Positions 1 through 12,264 of a stretch of DNA of 64,000 nucleotides are shown piece after piece. The translations under genes and the position numbers were made by a program. This DNA is from Macrostomum lignano. Taxonomy: Eukaryota. The notes under the pieces were generated by a model, which was given only the letters and a program-made list of their open reading frames with translations, had not been told where the DNA came from and ran no database searches. How positions within the stretch are numbered: position 1 is the first letter of the stretch; each line of letters opens with the position of its first letter. Location: the NCBI GenBank assembly GCA_002269645.1, contig NIVC01000059.1:372001-436000 (forward strand), read 5' to 3'.

Positions 1-1740
1 TGTTCGACATAGTGGCTGTTTTATGTTTGACATGGTGGCTCTTTAATGTTCGAAATAGTGGCTGTTTTATGTTTGACACGGTGGCTCTTTAATGTTCGAC
101 ATGGTGGCTCTTTAATGTTTTACATGGTGGCACTTTCATGTTTGACCTGGTGGCTCTTTAATGTTTGACATGGTGGCTCTATAATATTTGACATGGTGGC
201 TCTTTTATGTTTGACATGGTGGCTCTTTTATCTTTGACATGGTGGCTCTTTCATGTTCGACATGGTGGCTCTTTAATGTTAGACATGGTGTCTCTTTAAT
301 GTTTTACATAGTGGCTCTTTAATTTTCGAAATGTTGGCTGCTTCATGTTTGACATGGTGGCTCTTTAATGTTCGACATGGTGGCTCTTTAATGTTCTTAA
401 TGGTGTCTGTTTTATGTTTGACATGGTGGCTCTCTAATGTTCGACATGGTGGCTCTCTAATGTTCGACATGGTGGCTCTTTAATGTTTGACATGGTAGTT
501 CTTTTATGTTTGATATGGTGGCTCTTTTATGTTTGACATTGTGGCTTTTTAATGTTCGATATGGTGGCTCTTTAATGTTCGAAATAGTGTCTGTTTTATG
601 TTTGACACGGTGGCTCTTTAATGTTCGACATGGTGGCTCTTTAATGTTTTACATGGTGGCAATTTCATGTTTGACCTGGTGGCTCTTTAATGTTTGACAT
701 GGTGGCTCTTTAATATTTGACATGGTGGCTCTTTTATGTTTGACATGGTGGCTCTTTTATCTTTGACATGGTGGCTCTTTAATGTTCGACATGGTGGCTC
801 TTTAATGTTTGGCATGGTGGCTCTTTAATTTTCGAAATGTGGCTCTGTTTTATGTTTTACATGGTGGCTCTTTAATGTTCGACATAGTGGCTGTTTTATG
901 TTTGACATGGTGGCTCTTTAATGTTCGACATGGTGGCTCTTTAATGTTTTTAACGGTGTCTGTTTTATGTTTGACATGGTGGCTCTTTAATGTTCGACAT
1001 GGTGGCTCTTTAATGTTTGACATAGTGGCTCTTTAATTTCCGAAATGTTGGCTGTTTTATGTTTGACATGGTGGCTCTTTTATGTTTGACATGGTGGCTC
1101 TTTTATCTTTGACATGGTGGCTCTTTAATGTTCGACATGGTGGCTCTTTAATGTTTGACATGGTGGCTCTTTAATTTTCGAAATGGTGGCTCTGTTTTAT
1201 GTTTGACATGGTGGCTCTTTAATGTTCGACATGGTGGCTCTTTAATGTTTGACATTGTGGCTCTTTAATGTTTGACATGGTGGCTTTTTAATGTTGGACA
1301 TGATGGCTCTTTAATGTTTGACATAGTGGCTCTTTAATTTTCGAAATGTTGGCTGTTTTATGTTTGACATGGTGGCTCTTTAATGTTCGACATGGTGGCT
1401 CTTTAATGTTCTTAATGGTGTCTGTTTTATGTTTGACATGGTGGCTCTTTAATGTTCGACATGTTGGCTCTTTAATGTTTGACATGGTAGTTCTTTTATG
1501 TTTGATATGGTGGCTTTTTCATGTTTGACATGGTGGCTCTTTAATGTTCGACATGGTGGCTCTTTTAGGTTTGAAATGGTGGCTCTTTAATGTTTGACAT
1601 TGTGGCTCTTTAATGTTTGACATTGTGGCTCTTTAATGTTCGACATGGTGGCTCTTTAATGTTCGACATGGTGGCTCTATTAGGTTTGAAATGGTGGCTC
1701 TTTAATGTTTGACATTGTGGCTCTTGTGTGTTTGACATAG
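1..1740. repeat. Minisatellite A, ~23-bp unit TTTGACATGGTGGCTCTTTAATG
   Basis: Direct tandem periodicity, roughly 75 units. Confidence 0.97.
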
Positions 1741-1799
1741 CGCTTCTTTTATGTTTAGCAGTTTTTTGTTTTTAAGGTGTTTTAATAAAAAATCATTTT

Positions 1800-1865
1800 G
1801 CGCTACCAAGATTCGAACCCAGTTCGCTACATTAGCAGTCCAGTCTGTTCGTATCTAGGCTATCT
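1800..1865 (-). promoter_or_regulatory. tRNA-derived module with Pol III A/B boxes (E1)
   Basis: Minus strand reads TAGCCTAGATAC...GGACTGCTAAT...GGGTTCGAATC, followed by a T-run ~15-20 nt downstream. Confidence 0.65.
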
Positions 1866-2572
1866 TTTTTTAATTGGAGCACATGAATTGTGGCCCTTAT
1901 AATTCAATTCGGTTAGAAAGTCGCAAGTCGGTTAGAGTAAAAATTTATGACATAATCAATTTCTCAGTCAGCCAATATCAGTCTTTATTGAAGTTAGCAA
2001 TATGGTTACACAATTTTAATCAAGTCGGGTGTGCATTTCTTCGATACTGTTTTCAAATTGTTGTGATGAAATCTTTATCACAATCGGAATTCAGCCAGTC
2101 AGTTTTTTCTCTAGCATTCTTACAATGCATTCCAGGTCGAAAGAGCTGCTTGACCTTTGCAAAAAAGCATGTTTTTCGAATATTTAATCCCTTTAAAATT
2201 GAGCAATTTCTTAGCCAGGATGCATGTACCGTCCCAGGAAAATTTCTGATCGAATGGTGCAAGTTTGAAGAAAATCGGTTGAGCCATTTTTTCTGAAATC
2301 TATCGCATAGCTAGTTACAGACATTTCATTTTTAGTATATAGGACTAGCAATCTACGCCCCCCGTTGGGGAGCCAAAGAAATGCAATACATATTTTTTTA
2401 ATAAGCTACATGTATTCTTAAAATCTTAAAAAATCTCCTGTCAAACCTTGTAACCCTTGACATGTCAGTAATTCCCCCCCCCCCTACAAGCTTTAACATA
2501 TCAACTTCCCCCCTTGACATCTCAGCAATGCCCCCAATAAGCCTTGGAAATCTAAAAATATCTGTCAACCTT

Positions 2573-2640
2573 CTAACCCTAACCCTAGCCTAACCCCTAA
2601 CCCTAACCCTAACCTAACCCTAACCCTAACCCAACCCTAA
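2573..2640 (-). repeat. Interstitial telomere-like (TTAGGG)n inside E2; also at 11310-11371, 14908-14941, 19605-19660 and 43145-43200
   Basis: Runs of TAACCC on +, 5-11 units with variants, at the homologous position in each B-type 3' module. Confidence 0.9.
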
Positions 2641-3544
2641 AGCATTGAAATTTCAGTAATTCTCTCTAAGAGTCATTATAGCACTACTACAGCATTATAG
2701 CGATTCCCTGCAAGCCTCGACATCGTAGGGATTCCCAAATGAATCTCTTAACTTCGACATGAAGCTTCTTTTATTTTTTTACATTACGCTTTTTTAATCA
2801 GCGATCACTCCCCTGAGGAGGCATCAAAAAATGTAATAAAAAGTTTTCAATAAACTACATGTAGCTTCTGACTTTAGCCTTGAAATCTCATTTATACCCC
2901 CGTGAGCCTTGACATCTCAGCTATTCCCCCCGTAAGCCTTGACATGTCAGCGATGGCGCCCATAAACCTTGAAATCTGAAAAATCCCCTGCTAACCTTGA
3001 AACCTGATAAAATGTAACCCTCAACCCACACCTGACCTAAACCTAACTTTAACCCAACATAAAGCCTTGAAATCTCAGCAATTCTTCTCCCCTAAGCCTT
3101 GACATTTTAGTGATTCCTTCTTTAAGAATCACAGCACTATAACGATTTCCACCTAGCTTTGACATCGTAGCAATTCCCAAATGAATCTTTTAACTTCGAC
3201 ATGACTTTTCTTTTATGTATACATAGTGCTACTTTTATTTTTTACATGACTCTTCTTCTATCAGTGCCCCCCCCGTGGCGAGCCAACAAAAAATGCAATA
3301 AAAAAATTGAGTAAAGTACATGAACTTTAAATTAGCTTCTGACTTTTGCTTTGACATCTCAGAACCCCCCCCCCCGTAATCTCAGTTATTCTCTGAGAGC
3401 CTTGACGTCTCAGTTTTTCTCCCCAGCACAGCATTATAGCTGCATTTAATTTTTCCATGACACCCTTCATGTCTGACATGACCCTTCTTTTCTTCTACCA
3501 TGATGCTTCTTAATTTTTTAAATGACACTTTCATTAGTTTTCAA

Positions 3545-5243
3545 ATGACGCTTCTATGATTTTTTCATGACGCTTCTATGATTTTAACATGACGCTTCTA
3601 TGATTTTTTCATGACGCTTCTATGATTGTTTACATGACGCTTCTATGATTTTTTACATGACGCTTCTATGATTTTTATATGACGCTTCTACGATTTTTTA
3701 CATGACGCTTCTATGATTGTTAACATGACGCTTCTATGATTTTTTAAATGACGCTTCTATGATTTTTTACATGACGCTTCTATGATTGTTTACATGACGC
3801 TTTTATGATTTTTACATGACGCTTCTATGATTGTTTACATGACGCTTCTATGATTTTTACATGACGCTTCTATGATTGTTTACATGACGCTTCTATGATT
3901 CATTACATGACGCTTCTATGATTTATTACATGACGCTTCTATGATTGTTTACATGACGCTTCTATGATTTTTTACATGACGCTTCTATGATTGTTTACAT
4001 GACGCTTCTATGATTTTTATATGACGCTTCTACGATTTTTTTACATGACGCTTTTATGATTTTTTACATGACGCTTCTATGATTCATTACATGACGCTTC
4101 TATGATTTTTAGATGACGCTTCTATGATTTTTAGATGACGCTTCTATGATTTTTTACATGACGCTTCTATGATTGTTTACATGACGCTTCTATGATTGTT
4201 TACATGACGCTTCTATGATTGTTTACATGACGCTTTTATGATTTTTACATGACGCTTCTATGATTGTTTACATGACGCTTCTATGATTTTTATATGACGC
4301 TTCTACGATTTTTTTACATGACGCTTTTATGATTTTTTACATGACGCTTCTATGATTCATTACATGACGCTTCTATGATTTTTAGATGACGCTTCTATGA
4401 TTCATTACATGACGCTTCTATGATTGTTTACATGACGCTTCTATGCTTTTTATATGACGCTTCTATGATTTTTTACATGACGCTTTTATGATTTTTACAT
4501 GACGCTTCTATGATTGTTTACATGACGCTTCTATGATTTTTATATGACGCTTCTACGATTTTTTTACATGACGCTTTTATGATTTTTTACATGACGCTTC
4601 TATGATTCATTACATGACGCTTCTATGATTTTTAGATGACGCTTCTATGATTTTTTACATGACGCTTCTATGATTGTTTACATGACGCTTCTATGATTGT
4701 TTATATGACGCTTCTATGATTTTTTAAATGACGCTTCTATGATTGTTTACATGACGCTTGTATGATTGTTTACATGACGCTTCTATGATTTTTACATTAC
4801 GCTTCTATGATTGTTTACATGACGCTTCTATGATTCATTACATGACGCTTCTATCATTTTTTAAAATGACGCTTTTATGATTTTTTACATGACGCTTCTA
4901 TGACTGTTTACATGACGCTTCTATGATTGTTTACATGACGCTTCTATGATTTATTACATGACGCTTCTATGATTGTTTACATGACGCTTCTATGATTGTT
5001 TACATGACGCTTCTATGATTTTTTAAATGACGCTTCTACGATTTTTATATGACGCTTCTACGATTTTTTACATGACGCTTTTATGATTGTTTACATGACG
5101 CTTCTATGATTTTTTAAATGACGCTTCTACGATTTTTATATGACGCTTCTACGATTTTTTACATGACGCTTTTATGATTGTTTACATGACGCTTGTATGA
5201 TTTTTTACATGACGCTTCTATGATTCATTACATGACGCTTCTT
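3545..5243. repeat. Minisatellite B, 22-23-bp unit CATGACGCTTCTATGATT(G/T)TTTA (E2)
   Basis: Direct tandem periodicity, with degenerate edge units at ~3455-3545. Confidence 0.97.
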
Positions 5244-5294
5244 TTTAAAAAGTCTTTTAGTTTCCTGACGTTGAAAAGCTTTAATTAAAAAAAT

Positions 5295-5366
5295 TATACT
5301 CTATGAAAATTCGAATCATCGTCGCTGCATTTAGCAGTTCAGTTTGTGCACCTCTAGGCTAGCTCT
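5295..5366 (-). promoter_or_regulatory. tRNA-derived A/B-box module (E2)
   Basis: Minus strand TAGCCTAGAGG...ACTGCTAAAT...GATTCGAATT, followed by T7. Confidence 0.55.
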
Positions 5367-5868
5367 CATCGTTTTGATAACATCAAATTTTGCACTTATA
5401 TAATTCAACACTTTAAAAATCCAAGCATAGAGTAAATCACACGAAGCAGTTATGACATAATCAGTTTCTCAGTCAGTCAGTATCAGTTAACAATATGGTT
5501 ACGCAATTTAAATCAAGTCTGGTGCTACGCTTCCACACTGCATTTTCAATTCAAGTCGGAGTTATAATTCAGTTATGATGCAATCTATTTCAGAATCAGA
5601 ATTCAACCAGTCAGTTTTTTCTCTAGCATTCTTACAATGCATTTCAAGTCGAAAAGTTTGCTTGACCTTTGCAAAAAAGCATGTTTTTCGAATATTTAAT
5701 CGCTTTAGCATCGAGCAATTTCTTAGCCACGATGCATGTACAGTCACGGGAAAATTTCTAATCGAACAGTGCAAGTTCGAACAAAATCGGTCCAGCCATT
5801 TTTTCTCTAATCGATCACATAGATAGATAGATAGATAGACACAGACAGACCATTTTTAGTATATAGGA

Positions 5869-6246
5869 CTAGCAGGGGTAGGCTGTCTGCCAGCATCCAG
5901 AATTTTTATTATACCCCCCGGGTAGGCTTGCGCAAGTTAAATAGAGTAATTATCTCGGCAGTGGGGCGGGGTGAGTTTTCTTATCAGGTGGCTCTGGCGC
6001 AATCATTAAAATTGGCAGTGAAGTTTCTCGCTGATAGAATTTTGCATTGAAAAAGCCCATTTAAAACAGTTTTTCGAATATTTAATCCCCTTAGCATTGA
6101 GCTAGAGCTTAATAAAATTACATGTACCGTCCCGGGCACATTTGACATCTTTTGGCGAAGAAACGGCGAAAATCGGTTGAGCCTTTCGGGAGATAATCGA
6201 TTGCAAACAAGCAAGCAAGCAAGATTTTCATTTTTAGTATATTAGA
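5869..6246 (-). mobile_element. Short Helitron-like element E3 (378 bp, no minisatellite)
   Basis: Bounded by CTAG (5869) and GA (6246). Shares the TTTTTCGAATATTTAATCCC core. Its hairpin is a degenerate version of the E8 hairpin. Confidence 0.75.
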
Positions 6247-6371
6247 CTAGCAATCTTCGCCCCCCGATGGGGGACATCTGGTTAGAATCCTTGTTCTTTA
6301 CAAATAACAAATAGACAGCGAACTAAAGCCTTCAAAAAACAACAACAGACATTCCCTCTAAAAACAAAACA

Positions 6372-6615
6372 TCCAAGACAGCAAGCATCCTCAGACAGCA
6401 TTCAAGCATCGATCCCAAAATAGCAAGCATCCCCCAGGTAGGCAAGCATCCCGCGATAGCAAGCAACCCAGATAGCAAGCATCCGCAGATAGCAAGCATT
6501 CCCAGACCCCAGATAGTAAGCATCCCCCAGATAGCAAGCATCCCCCAGATCGCAAGCATCCCCAGATCGCAAGCATCCCCCAGATAGCAAGCACCCCAAA
6601 TAGTAAGCATCCACC
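6372..6615. repeat. Degenerate ~17-bp repeat GATAGCAAGCATCCCCA (also 16775-16990 and 40315-40530)
   Basis: Recurring AGCAAGCATCC core. Confidence 0.85.
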
Positions 6616-6679
6616 ATCAATAAGTAAAGTAAGCTAGTGCTACAATTTCCTTAGGCTCTATAGTGGCTCTTTAAAATTG

Positions 6680-9600
6680 GCATGACGCTTACTTTTACGT
6701 TTGAAATTGTGTAAATTTTATGTTTGACATGGTGGCTCTTTAAATGTTTGACATGGTGGCTTTTAATGTTTGACATGGTGGCTCTTTAATGTTTGACATG
6801 GTGGCTCTTTTATGTTCTACATGGTGGCTCTCTTATGTTTGATTCAGGGTTTTTTAATGTCTGACATGGTGTCTCTTTAATTGTTTGACATGGTGGCGTT
6901 TTACTGTTTGACATTATGGCTCTTTAATTTTGACATGGTGGCTCTTTTATGTTTGAAATGGTGGCTCTTTATGTTAGACATGGTGGCTCTTTAATGTTCG
7001 ACATGGTGGCTCTTTAATGTTAGACATGATGGCTCTTTAAATGTTTGACATTGCGGCTTTTTAATGTTTGACATGGTGGCTCTTTTATGTTGGACATGGT
7101 GGCTCTTTTTTGCTTGACATGGTGGCTCTTTACTGTTTGACATGGTGGCTCTTTAATGTTCGAAATGGTGGCTATTTAATGTTTGACATGATGGCTCTTT
7201 TATGTTTGACATGGTGGCTCATTTTATGTTGGACATAGTGGTTCTTTAATGTTCGACATTGTTGCTCTTTTAATGTTCAAAAAGGTGGCTTTTTAATGTT
7301 AGACATGGTGGCTCTTTAATGTTCGACATGGTGGCTCTTTAATGTTAGACATGGTGGCTCTTTATTGTTCGACCATGATGGCTCTTTAATGTTTGACATT
7401 GCGGCTCTTTAATGTTTGACATGGTGGCTCCTTTATGTTTGACATGGTGGCTCTTTTTTGATTGACATGGTGGCTCCTTTATGTTTTGACATGATGGCTC
7501 TTTATATTTGACATGGTGGCTCTTTAATGTTTTTACGTGGTGGCTCTTTAATGTTCTTCATGGTAGCCTTTTATGTTTGACATGAGTCAGAATATACTTG
7601 ACATGGTGACTCGTTATTGTTCGACATGGTGGCTCTTCTATGTTTGACATGGTAGCACTTTAATGTTTGACATGCTGGCTCTATAATGTTTGACATGGAG
7701 TCACATATATGTTGGACATGGTGGCTCTTTAATGTTCGACATGGTGGCTCTTTAATGTTTGACATGGTGCTCTTCAATGTGACATGATGGCTCTTCATGT
7801 TTGACATTGCGGCTCTTTAATGTTTGACATGGTGGCTCCTTTATGTTTGAGCATGGTGGCTGTTTTAAGTTTGACATGGTGGCTCTTTTTTGATTGACAT
7901 GGTGGCTCCTTTATGTTTGACATGATGGCTCTTTTATGTTTGACATGGTGGCTCTTTTATGTTTGACATGGTGGCTGTTTTATGTTTGACATGGTGGCTC
8001 TTCTATGTTTGACATGGTGGCTCTTTAATGTTCTACATGGTGGCTCTCTTATGTTGACATGGTGGCTCCTTTATGTTTGACATGATGGCTCTTTTATGTT
8101 TGACATGGTGGCTCTTTTATGTTTGACATGGTGGCTGTTTTATGTTTGACATGGTGGCTCTTCTATGTTTGACATGGTGGCTCTTTAATGTTCTACATGG
8201 TGGCTCTCTTATGTTTGATTCGGGTTTTTTTTAATGTCTGACATGGTGTCCCTTTATTGTTTGACATAGTGGCTCCTTTTATGTTTGACATGAAGGCTCT
8301 TTAATGTTCGACATGGTGGCTCTTTAATGTTTGACATGGTGGCTCTTTAATGTTTGACCTGGTGGCACCTTAATGTAATGATGGCTCTTTAATGTTTGAA
8401 ATGGTGGCTCTTTAATGTTCGACATGGTGGCTCCTTTATGTTTAACATGGTGCTCTTAAATGTTTGACATCGTGGCTCTTTAATGTTTGACATGGTGGCT
8501 CTCTAGTGTTTCACATGGAGTCACGTCTGTGTTTGACATGGAGTCCGTAATATTTGGCATGGAGTCACGTATATGCTTTTCATGGTGGCTCTTTTATGTT
8601 TGACATGGTGGGTCTTTAATGTTGTGACATGTGGCTCTTTAATTTTTGACATGATGGCTCTTTAATGTTCGACATGATGGCTGTTTAATGTTTGTTATGT
8701 AGTCATGTGTATATGTTTTACATGGTGGCTTCTTTTATGTGTGACATGGAGTCACGTATATATTTGACATGGAGTCACATATATGTTTGACATGATGGCT
8801 CTTTTATGTTTGACATGGTGGCTCTTTTATGTTTGACATGGTGGCTGTTTTATGTTTGACATGGTGGCTCTTCTATGTTTGACATGGTGGCTCTTTAATG
8901 TTCTACATGGTGGCTCTCTTATGTTTGATTCGGGTTTTTTTTAATGTCTGACATGGTGTCCCTTTATTGTTTGACATAGTGGCTCTTTTATGTTTGACAT
9001 GATGGCTCTTTAATGTTCGACATGGTGGCTCTTTAATGTTTGACATGGTGGCTCTTTAATGTTTGACCTGGTGGCACCTTAATGTANNNNNNNNNNNNNN
9101 NNNNNNNNNNNNNNNNNNNNNNNNNNNNNNNNNNNNNNNNNNNNNNNNNNNNNNNNNNNNNNNNNNNNNNNNNNNNNNNNNNNNNNNNNNNNNNNNNNNN
9201 NNNNNNNNNNNNNNNNNNNNNNNNNNNNNNNNNNNNNNNNNNNNNNNNNNNNNNNNNNNNNNNNNNNNNNNNNNNNNNNNNNNNNNNNNNNNNNNNNNNN
9301 NNNNNNNNNNNNNNNNNNNNNNNNNNNNNNNNNNNNNNNNNNNNNNNNNNNNNNNNNNNNNNNNNNNNNNNNNNNNNNNNNNNNNNNNNNNNNNNNNNNN
9401 NNNNNNNNNNNNNNNNNNNNNNNNNNNNNNNNNNNNNNNNNNNNNNNNNNNNNNNNNNNNNNNNNNNNNNNNNNNNNNNNNNNNNNNNNNNNNNNNNNNN
9501 NNNNNNNNNNNNNNNNNNNNNNNNNNNNNNNNNNNNNNNNNNNNNNNNNNNNNNNNNNNNNNNNNNNNNNNNNNNNNNNNNNNNNNNNNNNNNNNNNNNN

Positions 9601-10500
9601 NNNNNNNNNNNNNNNNNNNNNNNNNNNNNNNNNNNNNNNNNNNNNNNNNNNNNNNNNNNNNNNNNNNNNNNNNNNNNNNNNNNNNNNNNNNNNNNNNNNN
9701 NNNNNNNNNNNNNNNNNNNNNNNNNNNNNNNNNNNNNNNNNNNNNNNNNNNNNNNNNNNNNNNNNNNNNNNNNNNNNNNNNNNNNNNNNNNNNNNNNNNN
9801 NNNNNNNNNNNNNNNNNNNNNNNNNNNNNNNNNNNNNNNNNNNNNNNNNNNNNNNNNNNNNNNNNNNNNNNNNNNNNNNNNNNNNNNNNNNNNNNNNNNN
9901 NNNNNNNNNNNNNNNNNNNNNNNNNNNNNNNNNNNNNNNNNNNNNNNNNNTGACATGGTGGCTCTCTATGTTGACATGTGGCTCTTATGTGTAGACATGG
10001 TGGCTGTTTAATGTTGACATGGTGGCTCTTTAATGACATAATGGCTCTTTAAATGTTGACATGGTGGCTTTAATGTTTGACATGGTGGCTCTTTATGTTC
10101 GACATGGTGGCTCTTTTAGGTTTGACATGGTGGCTCTTTAATGTTCACATGGTGGCTCTTAATGTTTACATGGTGGCTCTTTATGTTGACAATGTGGCTC
10201 TTTATGTTTACATGGGGCTCTTTAATGTTCGACATGGTGGCTCTTTTAATGTTTGACATACTCTTTAATGTTCGACATGGTGCTCTTTTATGTTTGGCAT
10301 GGTGGCTATTTAATGTTCTCATGGTGGCTCTTAGTTTTGACATGGTGGCTCTTTAATGTCGATGTGGCTCTTTAATTTTTCAATGGTGACTATTTATGTT
10401 TCACATGGTGGCTCTTTAATGTTTGACATAGTGACTTATGTTTTACATGGTGCCCTTAATGTTTGACATGGTGCCTCTTTAATGTTTGACATTGCTTTTT
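6680..10500. repeat. Minisatellite A array in E4 (interrupted by the gap)
   Basis: Same 23-bp unit as 1-1740, more diverged. Confidence 0.95.
9087..9950. other. Assembly gap (864 N)
   Basis: Run of N inside minisatellite A. Confidence 1.
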
Positions 10501-10549
10501 TATGTTTAGCAGTTTCGTGTTTTCAAGGTGTTTTAATAAAAAAATCTTT

Positions 10550-10620
10550 TTGCAGCACTAAGATTGCGAACCCAGGTCGCTGCATTAGCAGTCCAGTCTG
10601 TTCGCATCTATGCTATCTCT
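10550..10620 (-). promoter_or_regulatory. tRNA-derived A/B-box module (E4, degenerate B box)
   Basis: Homologous to the E1 module: TAGCATAGATG...GGACTGCTAAT...GGGTTCGCAATC. Confidence 0.5.
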
Positions 10621-12264
10621 TTTCAATTGGCGAACATGATGTGGCCTTATAATTCAATGCTTAAAGCAAGTTGGTTAGAGTAAAAAGTTATGACATAATC
10701 AATTTCTTAGTCAGCCAGTATCAGTGTCAATTTAAGTTAGCAATATTGTTACGCAATTTCAATCAAGTTGTGTGTGCATTTCTTTGGCACTGTTTTCAAC
10801 TTGTTGTGATGCAATCTTATCAGAATTGAAATTCAGTCAGTCAGTTTTTTCTCTAGCATTCTTACAATGCATTTCAGATCGAAAGAGCCGCTTGACCTTT
10901 GCAAAAAAGCCTGTTTTTCGAATATTTAATCCCTTTAATATTGAGCAATTTTTAGCCAAGATGCATGTACCGTCCCAGGAAAATTTCTGATCGAATGTGC
11001 AAGTTTGAAGAAAATCGTTGAGCCATTTTTTCTGAAATCTATCGCATACCTACCACATACATACAGACAACTCATTTTTAGTATATAGGACTAGCAATCT
11101 ACGCCCCCGTTGGGGAGCCAAAGAAATGCAATACACGTTTTTTTAATAAGCTACATGTATCCTTGAAATCTTAAAAAATCTCCTGTCAAACCTTGTAAGC
11201 CTGACATGTCAGTAATCCCCCCCACAAGCTTTAACATATCAACTTCCCCCCTTGACATCTCAGCAATGCCCCAATAAGCCTTGGAAATCTAAAAATATCT
11301 GTCAACCTTCTAACCCTAACCCTAGCCTAACCCTAACCCTAACCCTAACCCTAACCCTAACCTAACCCTAAAGCATTGAAATTTCAGTAATTCTCCTAAG
11401 AGTCATTATAGCACTACTACAGCATTATAGCGATTCCTTGCAAGCCTCGACATCGTAGGGATTCCCAAATGAATCTCTTAACTTCGACATGAAGCTTCTT
11501 TTATTTTTTACATTACGCTTTTTTATCAGCGATCCCTCCCCTGAGGAGGCATCAAATAATGTAATAAAAAGTTTTCAATAAACTATATGTAGCTTCTGAC
11601 TTTAGCCTTGAAATCTCATTTATACCCCGTGAGCCTTGACATCTCAGCTATTCCCCCGTAAGCCTTGACATGTCAGCATGGCCCCCATAAACCTTGAAAT
11701 CTAAAAAATCCCCTGTTAACCTTGAAACCCGATAAAATATAACCCTCAACCCACACCTGACCTAAACCTAACTTTAACCCAACCTAAAGCCTTGAAATCT
11801 CAGCAATTCTTCTCCCCTAAGCCTTGACATTTTAGTGATTCTTCTTTAAGAATCACAGCACTATAACGATTTCCACCAAGCTTTGACATCGTAGCAATTC
11901 CCAAATGAATCTTTTAACTTCGACATGACTTTTCTTTTATGTATACATAGTGCTACTTTTATTTTTTACATGACTTTCTTCTATCAGCGCCCCCCCTGAC
12001 GAGCCAACAAAGAATGCAATAAAAAAATTGAGTAAAGTACATGAACTTTGAAGTAGCTTCTGACTTTTGCTTTGACATCTCAGAAACCCCCCCGTAATCT
12101 CAGTTATTCTCTGAGAGCCTTGACGTCTCAGTTTTTCTCCCCAGCACAGCATTATAGTTGCATTTAATTTTTACATGACACCTTCATGTCTGACATGACG
12201 CTTCTTTTATTCTACCATGATGCTACTTAAATTTTTAAATGACACTTTCATTAGTTTTTAAATG

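Larger units (their letters stand above)
1..2344 (-). mobile_element. Helitron-like element E1 (type A, 23-bp minisatellite; 3' end outside window)
   Basis: 5' TCCTATATACTAAAAATG at 2344 on -, core ~1870-2344, tRNA-like module ~1800-1865, minisatellite A 1-1740. Confidence 0.8.
2345..5868 (-). mobile_element. Helitron-like element E2 (type B)
   Basis: CTAG at 2345-2348, hairpin GCCCCCCGTTGGGGAGC at 2357-2373, ~455-bp 3' modules with (TAACCC)n, minisatellite B, tRNA-like module, (GATA)n next to the 5' TC at 5868. Confidence 0.85.
6247..11090 (-). mobile_element. Helitron-like element E4 (type A; spans the assembly gap)
   Basis: CTAG at 6247, hairpin CCCCCGATGGGGG ~6260-6273, GATAGCAAGCATCC repeats, minisatellite A on both sides of the gap, tRNA-like module, 5' TC at 11090. 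Continuity across the Ns is not proven. Confidence 0.7.

Noticed and set aside
1800-1865. Functional tRNA-Ser(GCT) genes
   Set aside because: Acceptor, anticodon and T stems pair poorly and there is no long variable arm; kept only as tRNA-derived modules.
1874-2296. Recurrent 70-140-aa ORFs in the element core (…FAKKHVFRIFN…) as a Helitron protein
   Set aside because: Frames, starts and stops differ among copies, and there are no HUH/Y2 or helicase motifs; this is non-coding core.
2573-2640. A true chromosome end or telomere fusion
   Set aside because: The tracts are short, internal and recur at the same position in each element.
9033-10039. ~300-aa ORFs
   Set aside because: They consist of N-gap X residues.
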